A stretch of 64,000 nt of DNA, taken from an uncultured Acidobacteriota bacterium (GTDB lineage Bacteria > Acidobacteriota > Thermoanaerobaculia > Multivoradales > UBA5704). The notes beneath the pieces were generated by a model. It ran no database searches. It had not been told where the DNA came from and saw nothing but the letters and a program-made list of their open reading frames with translations. The stretch covers positions 3,680,001 to 3,744,000 of the forward strand of contig CAVYRF010000002.1 in NCBI GenBank assembly GCA_963770895.1, given 5' to 3'. The translations under genes were made by a program, and so were the position numbers. How positions within the stretch are numbered: position 1 is the stretch's first letter; each line of letters opens with the position of its first letter. Positions 42,901 to 54,000 of the stretch are shown piece by piece.

Positions 42901-44528
42901 ATCGCTGGACCGGCAGCGCCGACGTCGCGGTCGGCACCGACGTCGCCAACCGCAACGATCGCCAGAGCGAGGCGGTGATCGGCTTCCTGGTCAACAGCGT
43001 CGTGCTGCGCGTCGACCACGCCGGCAACCCGCCGTTTGCCGAGCTGATCGACCGGGTGCGCCAGGCCGCCCTGGCGGCGTACGCGCACCAGCGGGCACCG
43101 TTCCACCGGGTGGTGGAGGCGGTGCGGCCGGTGCGCGATCCGGCGCGCAACCCGCTGTTCCAGATCATGTTCATCCTGCAGAACGCGCCGCCGCTGCGGT
43201 TGGCGCTGCCCGACCTGGTGGTGACGCCGGTCGCGCTCGACGCTCCGACCTCGGTATTCGACCTGAGCGTGTCGTGGGAGGAGGACGGCGCCGGCGGCAT
43301 GGCCGGCACCTTCCGTTACAACACCGATCTGTTTGCCGCGGCAACGGTCCGCCGGCTGGCCCAAAGCTATGGGGTGCTGGCGGCCGATGCCGCGGCGCGG
43401 CCGGCAACCCGTCTTGACGCCCTCGCGGTCGAGAGCGCCATCGAAAGAGAGCTGAAAACCATGGAATCCAAGAAACGCAAGGACCTGCGCTTCGAGAAGC
43501 TGGGCGCGGCGCGGCCGCGGGCGGTCAGCCTGTCGCAGGAGAGCCTGGTGCGCACTTCGCCGCCGCCCGACGGGGGCCACCTCCCCCTGGTGGTAGAGCC
43601 CGCCGCCCCCGCCGTGGACGTGCAGGCCTGGGCCGCCGCCCACCGCGAGCAGGTGAGCGGCTGGCTGGCCCGGCACGGCGGGGTGCTGTTTCGCGGCTTC
43701 CAGGTCCAGGACCTGGCCGAGTTCCAGGCCCTGATCGCCGCCCTGTCGCCGTCGCTCATCCAGTACGGCGAGCGGTCCTCGCCGCGGTCGCAGCTGGCGG
43801 GCAAGGTGTACACCTCGACGGATCATCCGGCCGACCAGCCGATCGTGCTGCACAACGAGCAGTCGTACACCCTCAACTGGCCGATGAAGATCGCCTTTTT
43901 CTGCGTCGAGCCGGCGGCCGGCGGCGGCGCGACGCCGATCGCCGACAGCCGCGGCATCTATCGCCGCCTGTCGCCGGTGGTGCGCGACGCGTTCGCGCAA
44001 CGCGGCGTCATGTACGTCCGCAACTTCGGCGACGGCCTGGGCCTGCCCTGGCGCGAGGTCTTTCAGACCGCCGACCGCGCCCAGGTCGAGCGCTACTGCC
44101 ACGACGCCGGCATCCAGCTGGAATGGAAAGACGGCGACCGCCTGCGCACCCGCCAGGTGCGGCCGGCCATCCGCAACCACCCGACGACCGGCGAACCGGT
44201 GTGGTTCAACCACGCGGTCTTCTTTCACGTCTCCAGCCTGGACGCGGCGACGCGCGACTCGCTGCTGTCGGGGCTGGCAGCCGACGAGCTGCCGTTCCAC
44301 AGCCTCTACGGCGACGGCGGCGAGATCGAGCCGGCGACTCTGACCGAGGTGCGGCAGGCTTTCGACGCCGAAACCACACGCTTCCCATGGCAGCGCGGCG
44401 ACGTGCTGCTGCTCGACAACATGCTGACCGCGCACGGCCGCGACCCATTCACCGGTCCGCGCAAGATCGCCGTGGCGATGGCCGAACCCTTTGCGGAAGC
44501 CGCCGTGCCGGTCGGGGAGGCGGTTTGA
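33993..44528 (+). CDS. NRPS (orf4, 3511 aa): ACP-C(starter-like)-A(Ala)-T-C-A(basic aa)-T-C-TauD-type dioxygenase
   Basis: ATGA overlap with orf3. N-terminal acyl carrier GLDSL (Ser 34197). C motifs HHLVADF, HHAVGDL, HHIVADG. A codes DLFNCALTYK and DTEDVGSIGK. C-terminal HNE...DNMLTAHGR. Confidence 0.95.
36038..36073 (+). repeat. Perfect 18-bp tandem duplication (NVLHSG x2) in a C-A linker of orf4
   Basis: aaacgtgctgcattccgg at 36038-36055 and 36056-36073. Confidence 0.95.
38252..38380 (+). repeat. Three tandem 42-45-bp units (RLP(A)GGGNGAAGxAx) inside the second C domain of orf4
   Basis: Near-identical units at 38252, 38297 and 38339 sharing ggcggcaatggagccgccggt. Confidence 0.95.
40161..40394 (+). 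repeat. 117-bp imperfect tandem duplication (PPVTASPAAVPESLP...) just before the A3 motif of the second A domain of orf4
   Basis: ccgccggtgac(a/g)gcctcgcctgcggctgtgcctga(g/a)agcctgccgg at 40161 and 40278. Confidence 0.9.
41984..42043 (+). repeat. 30-bp imperfect tandem duplication (AGPAADQDTA/AGPVAGLDTA) in a PCP-C linker of orf4
   Basis: ggccggtcccg...gataccgc at 41984 and 42014. Confidence 0.85.
43530..44490 (+). other. Fe(II)/2-oxoglutarate TauD/SyrP-like beta-hydroxylase domain fused at the C-terminus of orf4
   Basis: GGVLFRGF, VYTSTDHP, HNEQSY (His 43851, Glu 43857), GGATPIADSR, WFNH, GDVLLLDNMLTAHGR (His 44433). Confidence 0.9.
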
Positions 44529-47500
44529 GCGGCGACACCCTGACCGGCTTCCCCCTGTCGCCGCAGCAGCGCCGCCTGTGGCGCCTGGCCGAGCGCGCCG
44601 GCGCCGCACCCTTCGCCGCCGCCTGCCGCCTGCACCTGGAAGGGCCGTTGGCGCCGGAAGCCCTGCGCGCCGCCCTGGAGCAGGTGGCGGCGCGCCACGA
44701 GATCCTGCGCACCCGCTTCCAAAGCTTGCCCGGCATGGCCCTGCCGGTGCAGGTGCCGCTGGCCGCCGGCGACGCCGCGGCCGCGCCCCGGTGGCGCGCC
44801 GCGCCGGCGCCGCCACCCGCGACGCCTGTGCCGCTCATCGGTTTGTCGCCCGCCGCGCAGGCATCGCCGCTGGCCGCTACGCTGGCGTCAGACGGGGCCG
44901 ATGCAACCATCCTCGATCTGGAGCTGCCGGCGCTGTGTGCCGACGCGGGCACGCTGGAAAACCTGGTGGCCGAGCTGGCGGCGGCTTATGGGGAGGCTGT
45001 GCGGGATGCGTCCGGTGACGCAGAGACCGCGCCGGCTGCTGGTGGGGCGGGAGTCGGCGCAGCGGCTTACGGCGAGCCGGCCGACGGCGACGGTGGTGAC
45101 GGCGAGGCTGAGCCGCTCACCTATGCGCAGTTCGCCGAGTGGCAGAACGACCAGCTGGCCGGCGAGGACGCCGAAGCGGGGCGAGCGTTCTGGCGTGAGC
45201 CGCGCCTGGCGGCGGTGCCGCCGCCGCGCCTGCCGGTGACCGCGGAAGCGCCGCCCGAAGCGTTCGCGCCGGCGGCGCTCCGGGTCGATCTTGACGCCGC
45301 CGCGGCCGAGCGGGTCGCCGCCGCGGCCGCGGCGGCCGGGGTGGCAACTGAGCGCTACCTGCTGGCTGCCTGGGCGGTGCTGCTGTGGCGCTACACCGGC
45401 TGCGACGACCTGGTATTGGGACGTCTTGCCGCCGGCCGCGACCACGAGCTGCTGCGGGCCGCGTTCGGGCCGATCGCGCGCCTGCTGCCAGAGCGGGTGG
45501 GACTGGCGCCGGACCTGCCCTATGGCGAGATCCTGCGCCGCGTGACCGCGTGGCAGGAGACGACCGAAGAGTGGCAGGACAGCTTCGCCTTCACCGATGC
45601 CTGGCCGGACGAGGCGGCCGCGGTGGTCGCCGCCTACAGCTGGGAGGAGCCGGCGGCCGTGCCGCCGCCCGCGGCGGGCGTGCGCTTCACGGTCCAGCAC
45701 CTGGCCGCCCAGGTCGAACGCTGCGAGCTGCTGCTCGCCGCCCGCCACGCGGGAGGCGCCCTGACGCTCGATCTGCGCTACGACGCGGCGCGCCTGTCTG
45801 CCGCCGACGTCGCCGGGCTTGGCTGCTGCCTGACGTCGCTCCTGGCAAGCGCGGCGGCAAATCCGGATCGCCCGATCGGCGAGCTGGCGCTGCTCACCGC
45901 CGAACAGGAGCGAACCATCACCGTTTCATGGCGCGCCGATGCGTCAACCGCATCAACCAGCCGGCTTGCCGAGCTGCCGCTGCACCGCCTGCTGGAAGCG
46001 CAGGCGGCACTCACGCCGGAGCGCTTCGCGGTGGCGCCGCTGGCTGACGCGGAGAGCGCGGTGCTGTTCGGCGCCGGCGATGCGCTGGGGCTGACGTTCG
46101 GGCAGCTGAACGAGCGCGCCAACCGGCTGGCGCGCTGTCTGCGCCGGCGGGGCGTGGGTCCCGAAACCCCGGTTGGCTTGCTGTTGCCGCGGTCGGGCGA
46201 CCAGCTGGTGGCGCTGTGGGCGGTGATGAAGGCGGGCGGCGCCTGCCTGCCGCTCGATTCCGCGGCGCCGCCGGCGCGCCTTGCCGGTCTGCTTGCCGCG
46301 GCCGGCGCGCCTGTGGCGCTGGTAGCTGCCGGGCAGGGCGACCCGGCGCCGGCCGGCGCCGGCGGGGCGCGGTTGCTGGACCTGGCGTCGCTGGCGGCCG
46401 AGATGGCCGGCGAAGACGCGGCCGATCTGCCCGATGGCGCCGCCCTGGAAAACCTTGCCTATGTGATCTTCACCTCCGGCTCGACCGGCCGGCCCAAGGG
46501 CGTGCTGGTCGAGCATCGCGCCGTGCTGGATTTGGCGCGTGCGCTGGCAGGGGCGATCGGTGTGTACGGCGAGGGGCGGCCGTTGCGCGTCAGCGTGAAC
46601 GCGCCGCTCACCTTCGATGCTTCGGTCAAGCAGTGGGTGCAGCTGCTCGCCGGCCACACGCTGCAGCTGGTGCCCGAGGAGGTGCGGCTGGACGCCCCGC
46701 GGTGCGTCGAGTTTCTGCGCCGGCAGCGCGTGGACGTGCTGGACTGCACGCCGTCGCAGCTGCGCCCGCTGCTGGCGGCCGGCCTGGGGAGCGACGCGGC
46801 GGACCCGCGCGCGGTGCTGGTGGGCGGCGAGGCGATCGACGCCGCCCTGTGGAGCCGCATGGAGCAGGTGGAGAGCGCCGGGCCGACCCGCTTCTACAAC
46901 GTCTATGGGCCGACCGAGTGCACCGTGGACACCACTGCCCGGTCGCGCGCCGGCGCTGGCCCACGGCCCACCCTGGGGGGCGCCCTGGCCGGCGCCGTCA
47001 CGCTGGTGGTCGACCGCCTGCGCCTGCCCGACCCGGTGCCGGTGCCTGGCGGCTTTGCCGGCGAGCTGTGGGTGGGCGGCTCGCGGCTGGCGCGCGGCTA
47101 CCTGGGCCAGCCGGACGCCACCGCCGACCGCTTCCGCCCCGACCCCTGGGCGACCGTGCCCGGCGCGCGCGTCTATCGCACCGGCGACCTGGTGCGCCGT
47201 CTAGCTCCTGAGGCGCCGCCGGAGCCGGGCGCCGGCGACCAGCTGGAGTTTCTGGGCAGGGCCGACCGCCAGATCAAGGTGCGCGGCTTTCGCATCGAGC
47301 TCGAAGAGATCGAAGCCGCCCTGGCCTCCCACCCGGCGGTGCGCCAGGCGGTGGTGGTGGTCGTGCCCCCGGCGGGTGCCGATGGTGGCGGCGCGCAGCT
47401 GGCCGCCTACGTCGCGCTGCGCACCGCCGAGCAAGGAAGCGCGGCCGATGGTCGCGGCGGCGCCAGCGGTGGCGTCGGCGGAATCACAGCGCCCGGCGCA

Positions 47501-48049
47501 GGCGACCTGCGGGGGTGGCTGCGCGAGCGGCTGCCCGAGCCGATGGTGCCGGCGTTCGTGGTGACGCTGCCCGAGCTGCCGATGACGGCGCGCGGCAAGG
47601 TGGATCATCGCGCCCTTCCCGACGCACGGCAGGCGGCCGCGGCGCGCGCGGCGGTCGCGTACACGGCGCCGCGCAACCAGGCCGAGCGCACCGTCGCCGC
47701 GGTCTGGCAGGAAGTGTTGGGGGTGCCGGTGGTGGGAGTGGATGACAACTTCTTCGACCTGGGCGGCCACTCGCTGCTGATGGTGCGCGCCCACGGGCGC
47801 TTGCAGGAGGAGCTGGGGCGGCCGCTGTCGATGGTTGAAATGTTCCGCTTCACCACCGTCGGCGGGCTCGCCGAGTACCTGGTGGGTGGCCAGGGCGACG
47901 AGCTGTCGCTGGCCGCGGTGCGCGCTCGCGCCGGCAACCAGCGACAGGGCGAACAGCGCCAGCGCCGCGCGGCGCGGCGGCCTTTTGCGGCGCCGGAGCC
48001 GGCGCCGCCCGCGGCGCAGGGCGACGACGGCGACGAGGTGACGCGGTGA
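44525..48049 (+). CDS. NRPS (orf5, ~1174 aa): interface (non-catalytic C-like) domain - A(Glu) - PCP
   Basis: TTG 44525 overlaps the orf4 TGA, with GGAGG at 44516-44520. Starts GFPLSPQQRRLW. HHxxxDG is replaced by LPALCADA. A code DAKDLGVVDK. PCP LGGHSLL. The ORF-track start at 44123 is spurious. Confidence 0.92.
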   Translation: MSGDTLTGFPLSPQQRRLWRLAERAGAAPFAAACRLHLEGPLAPEALRAALEQVAARHEILRTRFQSLPGMALPVQVPLAAGDAAAAPRWRAAPAPPPATPVPLIGLSPAAQASPLAATLASDGADATILDLELPALCADAGTLENLVAELAAAYGEAVRDASGDAETAPAAGGAGVGAAAYGEPADGDGGDGEAEPLTYAQFAEWQNDQLAGEDAEAGRAFWREPRLAAVPPPRLPVTAEAPPEAFAPAALRVDLDAAAAERVAAAAAAAGVATERYLLAAWAVLLWRYTGCDDLVLGRLAAGRDHELLRAAFGPIARLLPERVGLAPDLPYGEILRRVTAWQETTEEWQDSFAFTDAWPDEAAAVVAAYSWEEPAAVPPPAAGVRFTVQHLAAQVERCELLLAARHAGGALTLDLRYDAARLSAADVAGLGCCLTSLLASAAANPDRPIGELALLTAEQERTITVSWRADASTASTSRLAELPLHRLLEAQAALTPERFAVAPLADAESAVLFGAGDALGLTFGQLNERANRLARCLRRRGVGPETPVGLLLPRSGDQLVALWAVMKAGGACLPLDSAAPPARLAGLLAAAGAPVALVAAGQGDPAPAGAGGARLLDLASLAAEMAGEDAADLPDGAALENLAYVIFTSGSTGRPKGVLVEHRAVLDLARALAGAIGVYGEGRPLRVSVNAPLTFDASVKQWVQLLAGHTLQLVPEEVRLDAPRCVEFLRRQRVDVLDCTPSQLRPLLAAGLGSDAADPRAVLVGGEAIDAALWSRMEQVESAGPTRFYNVYGPTECTVDTTARSRAGAGPRPTLGGALAGAVTLVVDRLRLPDPVPVPGGFAGELWVGGSRLARGYLGQPDATADRFRPDPWATVPGARVYRTGDLVRRLAPEAPPEPGAGDQLEFLGRADRQIKVRGFRIELEEIEAALASHPAVRQAVVVVVPPAGADGGGAQLAAYVALRTAEQGSAADGRGGASGGVGGITAPGAGDLRGWLRERLPEPMVPAFVVTLPELPMTARGKVDHRALPDARQAAAARAAVAYTAPRNQAERTVAAVWQEVLGVPVVGVDDNFFDLGGHSLLMVRAHGRLQEELGRPLSMVEMFRFTTVGGLAEYLVGGQGDELSLAAVRARAGNQRQGEQRQRRAARRPFAAPEPAPPAAQGDDGDEVTR

Positions 48050-51000
48050 GCGGCTTCGATCCGGTGCCGCCGCCGGGCCTCGCGGGCCGCGCCGCGCAGG
48101 CCGACGATGCCGGTACTCCCAACAACGTCGGTGACGCCGACCGCACCGACCGGGCGATCGCGGTGGTCGGCATGGCGGGCCGGTTTCCTGGCGCCGAGGA
48201 CTGCGAGGCGCTGTGGCGCAACCTGTGCGCCGGCGTCGAGTCGATCCGCTTCTGGAGCTCCGAGGAGCTGCTGCGCGCCGGGGTCGCGGCGGACGTCGTG
48301 GCCCGCCCCGAGTACGTGCGGGCGCGCGGCCTGCTGGACGGCGTCGAGGACTTCGACGCCGGCTTCTTCGGCTGGAGCCCGCGCGAGGCCGAGTTGACCG
48401 ACCCGCAGCATCGGCTGTTCCTGGAGTGCTCCTGGCAGGCGCTGGAGCAGGCGGGCTGCGACCCGGCGCGCTACAGCGGGCTGCTGGGGGTCTTCGGCGG
48501 TTCGGGCGTCAACCACTACCTGCTGCGCCATCTCTACCCCAACCGCGAGCTGATGGAGCAGGTGGGAGGCTTTCAGGCGTCGATCCACAATCGTGCCGAT
48601 CACCTGGCGACGCGCGTGGCCTACCACTTCGACCTGCACGGTCCGGCGGTGTCGGTGCAGACCGCCTGCTCGACCTCGCTGGTGGCGGTGGCGCTCGCCT
48701 GCCAGAGCCTGCTCAGCTACCAGTGCGACATGGCCCTGGCCGGCGGCGTCACCATCACGCTGCCGCAGGTGCGCGGCTATCTCTACCGGGAAGGCGGCAT
48801 CGAGTCGCCCGACGGCCACTGCCGCGCCTTCGATGCGCGCGCCGCCGGCACGGTCGAGGGCGACGGCGCGGGGGTGGTGGCGCTCAAGCGGCTGGCCGAC
48901 GCGCTGGCCGACGGCGATCCTATCCGCGCCGTGATCCTGGGCGCGGCGCTCAACAACGACGGCGCCGCCAAGGCGGGCTACACCGCTCCCGGCCTGGATT
49001 CCCAGGCCGAGGTGATCGCCACCGCCCATGCGGTGGCGCAGGTCGAGGCCGACTCCCTGGGCATGGTCGAGGCGCACGGCACCGGCACCCAGCTGGGCGA
49101 CCCCATCGAGGTCGCCGCGCTCACCCGCGCCTTCCGCCTGACCAGCAAGCGGCGCGGCTTCTGCGCCCTGGGCTCGATCAAGACCAACCTGGGCCACCTG
49201 GACGCCGCCGCGGGCATCGCCGGGTTGATCAAGGCGGTGCTGGCCGTCGAGCGCGGCCAGATCCCGCCCAGCCTCCACTTCGAGTCGCCCAACCCGGCGC
49301 TCAACCTGGACGAGAGCCCGTTCTACGTCAACGCCAGCCTGCGCCCCTGGCCCGCCGCGGCGGCGCCGCGGCGCGCCGGCGTGAGCTCCTTCGGCATCGG
49401 CGGCACCAATGCCCACGTGATCCTGGAGCAGCCGCCGGCGCGTCCGGCCGGCGGCGCGGCGGCGCCGCTCCCCTGCCAGGTACTGGCGCTCTCGGCGCGC
49501 AGCGGCCCGGCGCTGGAGGCGGCGACCGCCCAGCTGCTGGCGCACCTGCGCCAGTTGCAGGCGTCGCCGGAGGGCCTGGACGCCGGGCGTCTTGCCGACG
49601 TCGCCTACACCCTGCAGACCGGCCGCGCGCTCTTCGCGCACCGGCGGGTGGTGGTGGCCGAGGGCGTCGCCGGCGCCATCGAGGCGCTGGACACGCTCGA
49701 TCCCGAGCGCGTCTTCTTGCGTGTCCAGGCCTCCGGCCACCGGCCGGTCACCTTCCTGTTTCCCGGCCAGGGGGCGCAGTACCCGGGCATGGGCGCCGGC
49801 CTGTACGCCGCGCTGCCGCACTACCGGCGCGAAGTGGACCGGTGCCTGGCGGCGCTGGAGCCACCGCTCGCGGCCGAGCTGGGCGAGCTGCTGCGGCCGG
49901 CCGCCGCCGGCGCCGGCGGCAGCGGTGGCGGGGCGGCTGCGGGCGCACCGGCCGCGGCCGGCGAGGAGGAGCGCAAGCGCGCCGCGGGCGACCGCCTGGC
50001 GCAGACCGCGCTCACCCAGCCGGCGCTGTTCATCGTCGAGCTGGCCCTGGCGCGGCAGCTGATGGATTGGGGGGTGCGGCCCGAAGCGATGTTGGGCCAC
50101 AGCGTCGGCGAATACGTCGCCGCCTGCCTGGCCGGCGTGCTGACGCGCGAAGATGCCGTGCGCCTGGTGGCGCTGCGCGGCCGGCTCATCCAGGAGCTGC
50201 CCGCCGGCGGGATGCTCACCGCCATCCTGCCCGAGCGCGAGCTGGCGCCGCGGCTCACCGGCGGCCTGGCGCTGGCGGCGATGAACGGGCCGTCGCTGGG
50301 CGTGGTGTCGGGGCCGCTCGACCAGGTCGCCGACCTGGAGCGCCGGCTGAGCGCCGAGGGTGTCGTCACCCGCCGCCTGCACACTTCGCACGCCTTTCAC
50401 TCCGCGATGATGGAGCCGGCGCTGCCGGCGTTCCGCGCCGCGGTCGCGGCGCTGCGCCTGGCGGCGCCCCAGATCCCCTACCTGTCCAACCTGACGGGTA
50501 CCTGGATCACCGCCGCCCAGGCCACCGACGCGGACTATTGGGTCGAGCACCTGCGGCGCACCGTGCGCTTCGCCGACGGTGTGCTCCAGCTGCTGCGCGA
50601 GCCGCAGGCGGTGCTGCTGGAAGTGGGGCCGGGCCGCAGCCTGAAGACCGCCGCCCGCTGGCACCCCGCCAAGACGCCGCAGCAGGTGATCGAAACCACC
50701 CTGCCGCACCCGCGCGAGCAGCGCAGCGACCTGGCCGCCCTCTGCGGCGCCCTGGGGCGCCTCTGGCTGGCCGGCGTCGCCCCTGACTGGCAGCGCGTGC
50801 ACGGCGGCCGCCGCCAGCTGGTGGCGCTGCCCACCTATCCGTTCGAGCGCCGCCGCTACTGGATCGAGCCGCCGGCAGAGACCCCGGCCGGCCGCGCCGC
50901 GGCGGACGCGACCTCCCGTCGCGCCGACCTTGCCGACTGGTTCTATCGCCCGGTCTGGCGCGAAGCGCCGCTGGCTCCCCACGCGACGGCCGCCGCCGCG

Positions 51001-54000
51001 ATCGCTGCAAACGCCGTGACTGCCGCGGGCGCAGATGCCGGGACCGTTGCAGGCGCCAGTACTGCTGCGAGTGCCGAAACCGCTGCGGTCGTTGGGACCG
51101 CTGCGGGCGCGACGACCGCGGCAGGCGCGGGGGCCGCCGGACCGCTGCTGGTGCTGACCCGCGGCGATGCCATATCGGAGCGTCTGGCGGCGCGCCTGGA
51201 ACGCGCCGCCGGCGGGGTGGTGCGGCTGCTGCCGGGCGCTGCCTTCGCAGAGCTGGACGAGCGGCGTTTCCTTGTGGATCCGCGCAGCCACGAGGATTTC
51301 GCGTCGCTGCTTGCGACCCTTGCCGACCGCGGCCTGGCGCCGCGGGCGATCGTCCACCTGTGGTGCCTGCCGGCTGTGGACGGCGCAGTCGATGTTGCAG
51401 GCGTCGCCGGCGCGGCCGGTGCGGGCGACGAGCTGGTGCTCGGCTTTTACAGTTTGACGGCCTTGGCGCGCGCGCTGGCCGGGCGGGACTTGCCGCCGGC
51501 GTTGCCGCTGCTGGTGGTGGCGAGCGGCATCCACGAGGTGACGGGCGACGAGCCGCTGTGTGCCGAACGGGCGATGCTGGCGGGGCCGGTCAAGGTGATC
51601 CCGCGCGAGCTGCCGGGCGTCGTCTGTCGTGCCGTGGACGTGGAACTGCCGCCTCAAGGCGGCGGGACCGTCGCGGCGCGCCGCCTGGAGCGACTGATCG
51701 AACAGGTCGCCGCCGAGCTGGACGCCGCGCTCACCCGCCAGGGAGAGCCGCTTGTTGCCCTGCGCGGTGGGCGCCGCTGGGTGCTGGATTACGCGCCGGT
51801 GCGGCTGCCCGCCGCGCCGCGCACGGCGGCGGCGGCGCAGCCTGGATCGGACGCCGCGCTGCCGCTGCGCGAGCGCGGGATCTACCTGGTCACCGGCGGG
51901 CTGGGCGGCATCGGCTTGGCGGTGGCGGAGATGCTGGCGCGCGACTGGCGCGCTCGCCTGGTCCTGGTGTCGCGGCGCGAGCTGCCGGCGCGCGAGCTCT
52001 GGGCAGAGCGGCTGGCGGCCAGCGGCCGCCAGGCCGGGCGCGGGGCCGCACTCCAGGCGGAGCGGCGGCTGCTGGCGAGGTTGATCCAGCTGGAGGACCT
52101 GGGCGCCCAGGTGTGGGTGGCGAGTGCCGACGTCGCCGATGCTGGCGCCATGCGTGCGCTGGTCGCGGCGGTGCGTGCGCGGTGGGGCAGCATCGACGGC
52201 GTTTTCCATGCTGCCGGCGTGGCCGACGGCGGCATGCTGCAGCTGCGCACGCCCGAGGCATCCGCCGCCGTGCTGGCGTCGAAGGTGGCCGGCACGCGCG
52301 CCCTGGCCGCGGCGCTGGCCGCGGGCGACAGCGCGCCGTCAGCCTCTCCGGCACCAGGGGCACCGCTGGCGCCCCCGGCTCTGATCGGTCAGACAGCTCC
52401 GGTTGCGCCGCCGGCGGCGCCGGCGACGTTGGCTCAGACCGACGCGCCGCGGCTTTTCGTGCTCTTTTCGTCGCTCAGCTCGGTCGTCGGGCGTTTCGGC
52501 CAGGTGGCGTACGGCGCGGCCAACGCCTTCCTGGACGCCTTCGCGCACGAGCGGTCGCGGGCGGGCGGCGGCCTGACCGTATCGATCAATTGGGGAGAAT
52601 GGTCGGGCGTCGGCATGGCCGCGGCGCCGGCGGCCGGCGCCGCGCCGGGCACCGCGGACGCGACGGCCGCCTCTGACGCTGCCGTGGTCGACCATGGCGC
52701 CGCCGGCGGCGGCGAAATGGCCGCGGCGCAGGGGGCGGCGGGGCGGCATCCTCTCCTCGACCGCTCGTGGGTGGAGCCCTCGGGCGAGGAGGTGTTTGCG
52801 ACCGATTTCAGCGTCGACCGGCATTGGGTGGTGGACGAACACCGGCTGCTGGGCAATGCGGTGATCCCCGGCGTGGCCTACTTCGAGATCGTGCGCGCTG
52901 CGCTGGCCGGGCGCGCCGAGGGGCGGGCGCTGCGCTTTGCCGAGGTGGTCTTCGTGGCGCCGATCCGGGTGCGCGACAGCGGCAGCCGCGAGGTGCGCCT
53001 GCACCTGGTGCCGGCGGGCGATGGATTCCGCTTCGCCGTGCGCAGCGTGCCCGAGGTCGAAGAGGGCGGCGGCACCGAGCCGCGCGACCACGTGATGGGG
53101 CAGGTGGCCTTCGCCGCCGCCGCCGCGCCGCCGGCGCGCGACCTGGCGGCGATCAAGGGGCGGCTGCCGCGGCGCGTGCTGTTCACCGAAGAGGACCGCG
53201 AGGACGATCTGGGCCCGCGCTGGCAGAACGTGCGCATGGCGTTCATCGGCGAGCGCGAGGTGTTGACCCGCCTGGAGCTGGCCGACGAGCTGGCCGGCGA
53301 CCTGGCGACGATGCGGTACCACCCGGCGCTCGCCGACCGCGCCGCCGGCGTCGCCAAGGAGTACCTGATCGACGGCACCTACCTGCCGCTCACCTACGGC
53401 CGGCTTACCATCTTTCGCGACCTGCCGGCCCGGATCTACAGCCACGCCCGCTACCGGCCGCAGGACGGCTCCAACCTGGAAACCGCGACGTTCGACATCA
53501 GCATCCTGGACGACGCGGGCGAGGTGGTTGCCGAGATCGAGGAGTTCACCCAGAAGCGGGTCAACGACGCGGCGATCCAGATCCGCACCTATTCGGTGCG
53601 GCGCGAGGCCGCCGCGGACGCCGAGGCTGCCGAAGCGCCGCGCGGCATGAGCGCGGCCGAAGGCATCGAGGCGCTGACCCGCGTGCTGGCCGCGGGCCTG
53701 GGCCCGCAGGTGGCGGTATCGCCGCGCGACCTGGCGGCGGTCATCGCCCAGGCCGACGCGGTGGCGGAAGAGCGCGCGCTGGCCGGCCTGGCGACGGCCG
53801 TTGGCGGCGCCGCCGACAGTGCCGCCGGGGCGGCCCGCCCGGCGCATCCCCGTCCGGCGCTGGACACTCCCTACCGCGAGCCCCAGACCCCGACGGAGCG
53901 CGCCATCGCCGCCGCCTGGCAGCAGCAGCTGGGCGTCGAGCCGGTGGGCGCCGACGACAACTTCTTCGCCCTGGGCGGCGACTCGGTGGTGGCGATCCAG

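Noticed and set aside
44123-44524. ORF-track N-terminal extension of the 1308-aa ORF
   Set aside because: It overlaps the TauD domain out of frame. TTG 44525 has an RBS and is followed by the C1-like motif.
43530-48049. Calling the cluster a siderophore pathway because of the TauD/interface pair
   Set aside because: The A code is Glu rather than Asp or His, there is only one such unit, and no receptor, Orn hydroxylase or Fur box is visible in the window.
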